Shown here piece after piece: positions 55,506-64,000 of a stretch of 64,000 nucleotides of DNA. How positions within the stretch are numbered: position 1 is the first letter of the stretch; the number at the start of each line of letters is the position of its first letter. The translations under genes and the position numbers were made by a program. The notes under the pieces were generated by a model that searched no databases, had not been told where the DNA came from, and worked only from the letters and a program-made list of their open reading frames with translations. This DNA comes from Lama guanicoe (Eukaryota): NCBI GenBank assembly GCA_013239625.1, contig MU054085.1, positions 172,666 to 236,665 on the forward strand, given 5' to 3'.

Positions 55506-57517
55506 CCCTAAAAGCTAAAAGCAAAAACTACTAGAGTCAATAAAAGAATTTGGTAAGGTAGCAGGATGCAAACTTAACATACAAAAATCAGTTGCATTTC
55601 TTTACACTAATGATGAATCAATAGGAAATGAAAGTAAAGAAACAATCCCTTTTAAAATTGCACTCAAAGTAATAAAATACCTAGGAATAAAGATTTATTC
55701 AAAGGAGGGGAAAGACTTACATGGAGAACTACAAAACATTGATTAAGGAATTAAAGAAGACTTTAAAGAAATTGAAAGATATCTCATGCTTTTGGATTGG
55801 AAAAATCAATACTGTTAAAATGGCCACGCTGCCAGAGGCAATCTGCAGATTCAGTGCAATCCCTATCAAATTACCCAGGACATATTTCACAGAACTAGAA
55901 CAAATCATAATAAAACTTATATGGAATCACAAAAGACACAGAATTGCCAAAACATTACTGAAGAAAAAGAATGAAACTGGAAGAATAACCCTCCCAGATT
56001 TCAGACTATACTACAGAGCTACAGTAATCAAAACAGCATGATATTGATACAAAAACAGACATATGGATCAATGGAACAGAATAGAGAGCCCAGAAATGAA
56101 CCCACAAACTTTTGGTCAATTAATCTTTGACAAAGGAGGCAGGAACATACAATGGAATAAAGACAATGTCTTCAGCAAATGGTGTTGGGAAAAACTGGAC
56201 AGCTGCATGGAAATCAATGAAGTTAGATGGTTCCCTCACACCATACACAATATAAACTCAAAATGGTTTAAATACTTAAACATAAGACAAGACACAATAA
56301 GTCTCCTAGAAGAAAACATAGGCAAAACAGTATCCCACATACGTCTCAGTAATGTCCTCCTAGGGCAGTCTACCCAAGCAATAGAAATAAAAGCAAGAAT
56401 AAACAAACGGGACCTAATTAAACTCACAAGCTTTTCACAGCAAAGGAAACCATAAGTAAAACAAAAAGGCAACCTACAGAATGGGAGAAAATATTTGCAA
56501 AAGATGAGACTTCAAGGGCTTAATTTCCAGAATATATAAACAACTCCTATGACAAATATGAAAAAAAGAAAAACCCAATCCAAAAATGGGCAGAAGACCT
56601 AAACAAGCAATTCTCCAAGGAAGACACAAAAATGGCCAGTGAAAAAATGCTCAATATCATTAATTATCGAGAAATGCAAATCCAAACTACAATGAGGTAT
56701 CACCTCACACCAGTCAGAATGGCCTCTTTCAAAAGTCCACAAACAATAAATGCTGGAGAAGGTGTGGAGAAAAGGGAACCCTCCTACACTGCTGGTGGGA
56801 AGGCAGTTTGGTGCAGCCATTATGGAAAACAGTGTGGAGATTCCTCAAAAAACTAAAAATAGACTTACCATATGATCCAGCAATCCCACTCCTAGGCATA
56901 TATCCAGAGGGAACCTTAATTCAAAAAGACACCTGCACCCCAATGTTCACAGCAGCACTATTTACAATATCCTAAGACATGGAAACAACCTAAATGTCCA
57001 TTGACAGATAACTGGATAAAGAAGTCATGGTATATTTATACAATAAAATACTATTCAGCCATAAAAATAATAAAACAATGCCATTTGCAGCAACATGGAT
57101 GTCCCTGGAGAATGTCATTCTAAGTGAAGTAAGCCAGAAAGAGAAAGAAAAATACCATATGACATCACTTATATGCAGAAACTAAAACAAACAAACAAAA
57201 AAAGACAAATGAACTTATATATAAGACAGAAACAGATTCACAGACATAGAAAACAAACTTATGGTTACCACTGTGGAAGGGGGTGGGAAGGAGTAAATTG
57301 GAAGTCTGAGATTTGCAGATACTGACCGATAGATACATAAAATAAATAAACAAGTGTATACTGTATATAGCACAGGGAACTATATTCAATTTCTTGTAAT
57401 GGCTTATGGTGAAAAAGAATATGAGAATGAATATATGTATATTCATGTATGACTGAAGCACTGTACTGTACACTAGAAATTGACACAACATTGTCAACTG
57501 ACTACACAGCAATTTAG
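55506..57517 (+). mobile_element. 5'-truncated L1 (~2 kb)
   Basis: ORF2 3'-half peptides. 18-bp TSD aaa(g/a)attatctgttaaaa at 55488-55505 and 57518-57535. Confidence 0.95.
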
Positions 57518-59469
57518 AAAAATTATCTGTTAAAAATTCAAGGAAAATACAAAAAGATATTTAACATTTCCTCAAAGTCTGCATAGCCACAGTGGAGAAA
57601 GGAGAGATCATTCACGGAGAGAAGGCTAAAGGTCCTCTTCCTTTCTAGAACATTCTTCAGAGAGAATGGATGACCATGCATGCAGTGGAGCTAGATTCAT
57701 CAGAGGGCCTGAAGGGGTTGATTCACTGTGCTCATGAGGCTGAACAAGGAAAAGAGCAGAAAGAGCATCTAAGACTTGGAGACTCAGCCTTGAGGCCTCA
57801 TCTCTAAGTCCCCCTTGAACTCTAACCCTGAGCATACTACTGGCCATCTGGACACTAGGTACATGGTGACATTTCTTACTGACCTCACAAAGCAGGTGTC
57901 ATGAAAGGTCAGGGTCCTGTCTATGGTTTGCCTAGAAACAGTGGAGCCCGAGATGCCCCAAGGCAGCTGAAATCTGCCAAATTCACTGTGAAGACTTTGA
58001 CCCTGAATCCTGACCCTAATCCTCCTAACCTTCTAAGTACAAAGGGAAAGAGAAGGGCTGTGGAACATGTCATTTCTGTGGAAGCCAAAGCTACAGAGCT
58101 GTCTGCTCCATCCTCTATGTCTGGGCTCGCACTGACTGTCAGGCCTCCCTTGAGCTCACACGAGTGCCCAGTGCAGTAAAAAGTACCAGCTTTCCCTTTG
58201 ATTTAGGGATCTCCAAGACGGCATATGTACGGCTGAAACGGCCCCGGGTCTCACGGCTCATACATTCCGTTACACATCACGCTATGCATTTTCTAAGTTT
58301 CAGGGGGCTGCAGTGAAGTGAAAGGAGCAAGTCAACACAGGAAGACTTACAGGTGTAACTCATTTTCAGTAAACCAAACATTTAAAAACCAGAGTAACAT
58401 AAAAGATAAGTTTCACTACCCCTCTGAGTAATTGATTTCCCTTCTACATTTAAAATATAAATTGATTCACTGCAACTTGTTTTACACACAACATATTAAG
58501 TACATCAGGGTTGCACAGAGGGAACAGAAAAGACAGCATTTGGACACCATTGCAAAGGAAGCATAGTTTTCTCTGATTTTAAAAGTGTTCATTGACTACA
58601 GAAGTTTCAAAAGACCTCAAATCAATCACAAATCATAATTAATCTTTATGTAAAAGAGTTCACTAACTGGGGAATGTTTGTTTTGAAGTTTTTCTCTTAG
58701 CTCCTTCTTTGGGCTTCTCATATTCATTTATCTCAGCAAGGCTACCAAAAGGACTCATTTCAAAATCACAGTGGCAGGAGCTTTAAACATCCCTCCACAT
58801 CCCAGGTAAACATTTAAACATTTGTGCACAGATAGATATACAAATTAGTGACCTAGGACACCCACAAAACAGTCATACAAATAAAGCTGTGCTCCACTCA
58901 TCAATTTCCCATCAGTGCCACCTGAGGACACATTCATTCCAGAACGCTAGCCCCAGTGTTTGAAAATGCCAACATTTTCACTTTTACTCAGCTTCTGAAA
59001 TCCTGTCCTATTGGTTTCAGGAAAGAATGAACTCTTTAACTGCCTTTAATTGCCTTTGCCAAGCATGGTTCTCTGTGGACACAAACACGCTAAAAACATG
59101 GACCTTATATGGCAAAAGAAATTTAGAAAAACCACTAGGTAATCAGGATCTCTATCTGTGGAGCTCCTTAAGAAGAGCATAGCTGCCTCTCATTCTTGAA
59201 TGAGAACCTCTAGCAGCTTAGAGCTGAATTAGAATCCTTAGTATTTTATGATTCTCATGAAACGCTCTTACTTTCACATCCAAATAATATTGGAGAGTTG
59301 CAGGAGGAGCAGAAAGTCCCTTAAAAGTGACAAATTTTGCCTAGGTGTACTCAAAACTGGAAGGCATCAGGAGAGTGCACAGCTGAAGAACAGCTTGCAA
59401 GGGTCACAAAGCCCAAACCAGGGGCTGGCCCCCTGGCCATGCCCTGGGTATCCCCTTCAGGCTTTGAGG

Positions 59470-59672
59470 ATAAAGGGGAGAAGATATATATAGAAAGAAG
59501 AAAGGAAGGGGTTGAAAGGAAAATGTCAGGGAGAGGAGGGGAGAGGGGATGAAAAAGAGAGTTAAATGAAGAAAAGGGGGGATGTATATATAAAGGAAAG
59601 GAGACTGGAAATGGGTGAAAAGGAGAAGAAAAGGAAAGGGGAATAGGAAAGGAAATGGAGAGATAGGATAAA
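59470..59672. repeat. Purine-rich (GA) low-complexity tract
   Basis: About 200 bp that is largely A/G on the plus strand. Confidence 0.8.
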
Positions 59673-59835
59673 GTCCCTCAGTGACAATGGACTCAGCGGG
59701 CGGTCAGTACAAATCCAGGGGGCACAGGAGGCCGACCGTCACCTTGAACCAGGCACTAGCCAGCCCTGAAGCTCCACAGTAATGCCATCCTCCTTTAAGG
59801 ACACTTTCTCCCTTTTCCATAAAGGGCGAGCTCAC

Positions 59836-60224
59836 CTATCCAAGGCCACAGCCGTCATGGAGTAAATGCTGGCAAAGACAGCAGCAATGGGGAAGAAGTT
59901 GTGGAATTTGCAGTAGAACAGGCCGTAGTACCACTCGTTGTGGACAGCATAGGTGAAGTTCACCACGGTGTTGAAGGCGGCCATGGAGGCCTCCGCGAAG
60001 GCCAGGTTCACTAGGAAATAGTTTGTAACTGTCCTCATTCTCTTGTGGGCCAAGATGATCCACATCACCACCACGTTGCCCACCACGGAAGTCACCACGA
60101 TGACTGTGTAGGCAGCAGCCCAAAGGACAATCTGCCAGGCTGGCTGCACAAACTGGTTGGGCTCCGATATGTTGGTGGAGATGTTTGGGAAGAGGTCTGA
60201 GTCCACCGGCAGGACGTTATCCAT
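59836..60224 (-). CDS. TACR1: Tachykinin receptor 1 (NK1R, substance P receptor), coding part of exon 1: N-terminus to TM3, partial CDS
   Basis: Translation MDNVLPVDSDLFPNISTNISEPNQFVQPAWQIVLW...GNVVVMWIILAHKRMRTVTNYFLVNLAFAEASMAAFNT...YCKFHNFFPIAAVFASIYSMTAVALDR is nearly identical to mammalian NK1R as I recall it. ATG at 60224 is in strong context (AAAATGG). The exon ends at AG|GTGAG, splitting the Arg codon of DRY (389 nt, phase 2). Confidence 0.98.
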
Positions 60225-60399
60225 TTTTTTCACTAAGTGGTTAAGCCCTCCTCTCTGTATACACACAGATCCTTTGCAGCAGGGTCCTGAGACAGCGCCT
60301 GGGGTCAGAGTCCTGTTTAACCAAGACAGGAGGCTGTAGGCTGTTTCTGGACAGAACTCTTTCCTTGCAAGTAAGAAATTGGCACTGAAATAAAAGCTT

Positions 60400-60414
60400 C
60401 TAAATGTGCGGCAT
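60400..60414 (-). promoter_or_regulatory. uORF2 (MPHI*)
   Basis: ATG CCG CAC ATT TAG within the inferred 5'UTR. G at -3. Confidence 0.6.
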
Positions 60415-60443
60415 GCCCTCGGTGGCTTTGAATTCCCCCACTT

Positions 60444-60461
60444 TCAAGCTTCAGGAAGCAT
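60444..60461 (-). promoter_or_regulatory. uORF1 (MLPEA*)
   Basis: ATG CTT CCT GAA GCT TGA within the inferred 5'UTR. Weak context (C at -3, C at +4). Confidence 0.6.
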
Positions 60462-60763
60462 TTGAGTTCTTAAATCTGGAGACAGCGTCTCTCCTGCGTT
60501 GGGCTGGAAAAGAGGAAGAAATTCCACGGGTCACAGTTCCAGGAAGCAGGAGAACCCCCGCCTTTCTGCACCTGCTGCCACTTGCCAACTGCTATTCCTC
60601 CTGCCTGCAATGGCAAAGATAAAGCCCTGTGCTGCGCTGAGGACTTGGGGGCGAAGTGGGGTGGGGGTATCAGCCACAGCACGACCTGTAAAAGTTCTGA
60701 GTCTGTGGCCAGGATTCTGGGGCCCCGCGTCCAGCTGGAGATTTTTTTTTCTTTGCTTTCGCT

Positions 60764-60778
60764 GCCGCCGCCGCCGCC
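60764..60778. repeat. (GCC)5 trinucleotide repeat in the 5'UTR
   Basis: gccgccgccgccgcc read directly. Confidence 0.9.
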
Positions 60779-60865
60779 ACCTTCTGCAGCTTTGCAGGCG
60801 CCTCTTGGCTCGCGTCCTGCTCAGCTCCGGAGTTAGGAGAACCTTGGCAGGGCTACGCGTGAGAC

Positions 60866-60872
60866 TTTTATA
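60866..60872 (-). promoter_or_regulatory. TATA box of TACR1
   Basis: TATAAAA on the minus strand in GC-rich sequence, ~640 bp upstream of the ATG. Confidence 0.8.
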
Positions 60873-60883
60873 ACCCGCTGCAG

Positions 60884-60891
60884 AGACGTCA
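60884..60891 (-). promoter_or_regulatory. CRE-like element
   Basis: TGACGTCT (7/8 match to TGACGTCA), 11 bp upstream of the TATA box. Confidence 0.75.
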
Positions 60892-63479
60892 CTGGGAATG
60901 GGTAGTACCTGGGCTGCGTACTCGCCAGTCCCCTTGCGCAGACAGGCGGCTTCACCATCTGTCGACAACTGTCTCACTGCACCGTCGCAACCACCGAGCT
61001 GTTTTGCTGCTACCTGCTGTGGAAGTCTGCAAGCCCGACTCCCCACGCACTCCTCAAGGGGGCGCTAGCTAGCTCGCCTCAGAAGGAATGCGCCAGATGG
61101 GGTCCGCAGCTGGAACCGCAGACGACCCAGGGGGAAAGAAAGGATTTGCGAAAGACTTGAAGTGATGGACCCTCCGGGGAAGGCAGGCATGCTGCCATGG
61201 CCCTGCAGAGCCCCCTGCCTCTGGTGGCGGGAGTTTGGCAAGTGTCCGGGCAAAGCGCCAGCGCTGCGCTCCCAGCCTTTCTCCAGTCCTAAACACTCAC
61301 GCCTAGTTCCTTTCTCTGACAGGCCGATTCCCCTGGGAAACAGTGATGGGTTCTAAGATTTGGGGCCATCTCCAGCCACCCCGGTGGCTTGAGCCCTCGC
61401 TCCATGAAGAGCTCCAGCTGAGCTCACCAGATGAGAATCCCCGCCCCGGCAGAGGCAACGGGATACCAGCCGGAGCTCCCCACTAAGCAGTGTGTCTCCC
61501 AGACGAGCGGCTCTGGGCGCTCTGCCAGCATCCGCTGCAGCCTCGCGCTCGCCGCCCGGCGACCTGGCAGCCTCTGCCTCTGCGCCTCCCGGGCTTGGCG
61601 GCCAGAGCCGGTCTTGGGGTGGCGTCGGGGGCCGGACCCTCTCCCCCTCATCCTCTGTCAGGTTTGCATAAGCACTGGAGGGCAGGGCTGTTCGCCTTCT
61701 CTCCCCACCCGAGACCCGCCCCTGGCGGGCTTCGAGGCCACGTCTCCCAGTCCGAAGCTATTGCAAACGGCCAGCCTGGTGCAGGGCACTGGAAGGGGTG
61801 GGAACGGCTCGCCAGTAGATGCCAATCCTTTCGCAGAAACCGAGATGGACTGAGAGGTTCGGAGTGCGTTCCAACCATACTGCCTGGGAGATGAGGCTCC
61901 ATGGACACTCGAATCTTCCGAGTCTTTTTGGGGGCCGTCCGCCGGTTCCCCCACCTTTCACTGCGGGGACTCGGAGCTGTGGGACGGGGGCTGGGATGGG
62001 CAGCACCGACCTGCACGGAAGCTCGGGTTTGCGCAAACCGGAGCTCTCCTGGGAGTCGCGTTTACGCCCTAGTCCTGCCTGGTTGCGTGCCTCTGCGGTA
62101 AGCGCTCAAAATATCCCGCGGGAACCGCTTTAAAGTTAAGAAATGTATGGATTTATGCCGGGCTAAAACCAGATGCTTTCAGGGAATCTGCTAGTTCACT
62201 CTGGTTTTGTTGACGCCTGGAACTTCAGCGTTTGCATGAACCGCATCTTGCGCTGCCTGGTCCTCCAGGCACCCTTAAACCCGTGCTTAGAAAAGAAAAC
62301 TCCAGTGATGCCTTGAAGAGAACAGTGTCTTCTTTAGAAGGGCAGCAAAGGAGAGATTTTAGGTGGAAGGGAACACCTTCTTTTTCACTCTGGATCTCTC
62401 ATTGCTGCCTCCACCTCTCACAGAGCTGACAGAGTGTGAGTGCATGTCTGTGTCCCACCATAATTTTTCCTCCCAAGCTGTCTTAAAGCGATCTTTCCCT
62501 CTTTCTCCCTGCCCAGGAGGCAGGCTGACTTTTTTTAGAGGAAATTTACTCAATGCTTGGGGTGTGGTGGGGGTGTGAGAGGGGAGAAAGATAATGAATT
62601 CTAAGTGTATAGCAAAAGCTAAATGTAAATACATTAAATAAAAGCTAAAAAGCAAGGATTGATCTATTTATCTTCCACTAGTAGGGCAAGTTGATACCTT
62701 GAGCCAGATACTGCTGAGCTGCGGATATAGTCAGGCAAGCACAGTCTATTGACAGGGAAAGAGACAATTATCTCACGCAAAACAGGCAGTAGTATGGTGA
62801 GCAAAGGCACGAGGCCTGCTAGGAGGGGAGGGAGGCATCTGATCTCCTGTCTAATAAGGGAGAAGCGCTTTCCATGTATGTGTTTCATATGTTAAATCAT
62901 GACACTCCGTTTAAAGTCCCATAAGGTTCAGCTCACTCAGAACACCTACATTTCTTACTCTGGCCTTCCAGGGTCTGCATCCCCTGCCCTGCGGTGTAGG
63001 TGAGGCTGGCCTGGGTGGCTCCTTCCTGTCCCTGGTTCCTCATGGCAGGTAGCTGTGTCCTAAGCATGTATGGCTTGTTAATTTTTTCCCCACAAAAACA
63101 AAGCATATTCATGATAGTTTCACATTTTAAAAAATGCCTCAGCCTTACCATGGCCAAAGGTGTCCTTAATTCACACAAACACACGTGCACGTGCACATGC
63201 ACGCACACTCACACCTCTAAGCAGTTACCTTCTCTGGCATTGCTCCTTCCCCACATGGGGAATAACTTTGCAAACTCTATTAAGATCCTATATATGCTTT
63301 TTTTCCCTCCAAGAGTTGATTTTTTTTTCTTTATCCTTTTTGTCTTGGCTCCCCTTTCTGCCGAGCTTCCTCCTTGACACACAACACAAACCCACCGGGC
63401 TCAAAGTAAATTCTCTTGACAACCCAGTATAAATTCTTCCTTATTTGTCCAGGCCCTTTAATCCTATATAGACAGAAAC

Positions 63480-64000
63480 ACAAACACACACACATGCATA
63501 TACAAATACAGAATTTTCACTATTGTCTGAATTTTGTTTTCCTGACTCAAAACATAGTTTGGATGCTTCAGAGTCAACAGACAGATTTAACTTATTCTTT
63601 TCAATGGTTAAATATTATTCTTGTGGTATGAATGCATCATAATTCATACCCTCTCTTTCCTATTTATATGAAAATTCACATTGCCTCCAGTTTTTACTAC
63701 TAAAGACAACGCTACTATAAATATTTTTACATTATGTCTCCACAGTACAATGCTTTATTTCAATGGGATAGATTCCAAGTGGACTTGCTAGGTAGTGGAT
63801 TATACTTATATTAAAATGCATATATGTATACATGTTGTATATTTCTCTTTTATGTTGCCAGATTGCCTTCTAAAAAGGTGCAATGCTAACATTTCACTAA
63901 CAATTAAATTACCCTTTACCCTACATCGTCTACAGCAATAGATATTAAGGGTCTTTTTAGTTTTGTCAGTCTAAAATGTGTAAAATATGATAACATTGCT
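63480..64000 (-). mobile_element. Ancient L1 3' remnant
   Basis: tattcttgtggtatgaatgcatcataatt...gatagattccaagtggacttgctagg...gccagattgccttctaaaaagg. Confidence 0.7.

Larger units (their letters stand above)
1..59835 (-). other. TACR1: TACR1 intron 1 (continues beyond window start)
   Basis: GT donor at 59835-59834. I found no exon-2-like sequence (YMAIIHPL...) by eye or in the ORF track. TACR1 is known to have a long first intron. Confidence 0.8.
60225..60840 (-). other. TACR1: TACR1 5'UTR (exon 1), TSS approximate
   Basis: Region between the start codon and a point ~25-30 nt downstream of the TATA box. The TSS is inferred, not observed. Confidence 0.7.
60720..62290. promoter_or_regulatory. 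CpG island at and upstream of the TACR1 promoter
   Basis: High GC and abundant CpG, in sharp contrast to the CpG-depleted intron. Boundaries by eye. Confidence 0.85.

Noticed and set aside
59832..59835. Apparent stop after DR (truncated receptor)
   Set aside because: The TGA lies inside the intron donor GTGAG.
60225..60266. 14-aa N-terminal extension of TACR1 in the ORF track
   Set aside because: It starts at GTG; the ATG at 60224 has strong context and matches the known N-terminus.
60470..62133. Many overlapping ORFs of up to 171 aa
   Set aside because: Expected in stop-poor GC-rich sequence; no recognisable protein.

Overview
Mammalian genomic DNA, probably camelid: it carries two tRNA-Ala(AGC)-headed SINEs of the Vic-1 type. 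The only host gene I can support is TACR1 (NK1/substance P receptor) on the minus strand. It has a CpG island, a CRE-like site and TATA box at about 60.87 kb, a ~600-nt 5'UTR with two tiny uORFs, and a 389-bp first coding exon (60224-59836) ending mid-DRY at a GT donor. Positions 1-59835 appear to be intron 1; I did not find exon 2. The intron is dense with transposon relics. The main one is a two-LTR ERV1-like provirus (22460-36189) containing a full-length decayed LINE-1 and an antisense solo LTR of a related family. There are also several 5'-truncated L1s with TSDs, solo LTRs, MaLR LTRs, hAT DNA transposons, L2 and MIR. Nearly all ORF-track entries are L1 fragments or chance ORFs. I see no convincing novel biological system. 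The best leads are a long antisense ORF with splice donors in the L1 5'UTR pointing in the TACR1 direction, the TACR1 uORFs, and the nested insertions. Repeat family names are from memory and need RepeatMasker/Dfam confirmation.
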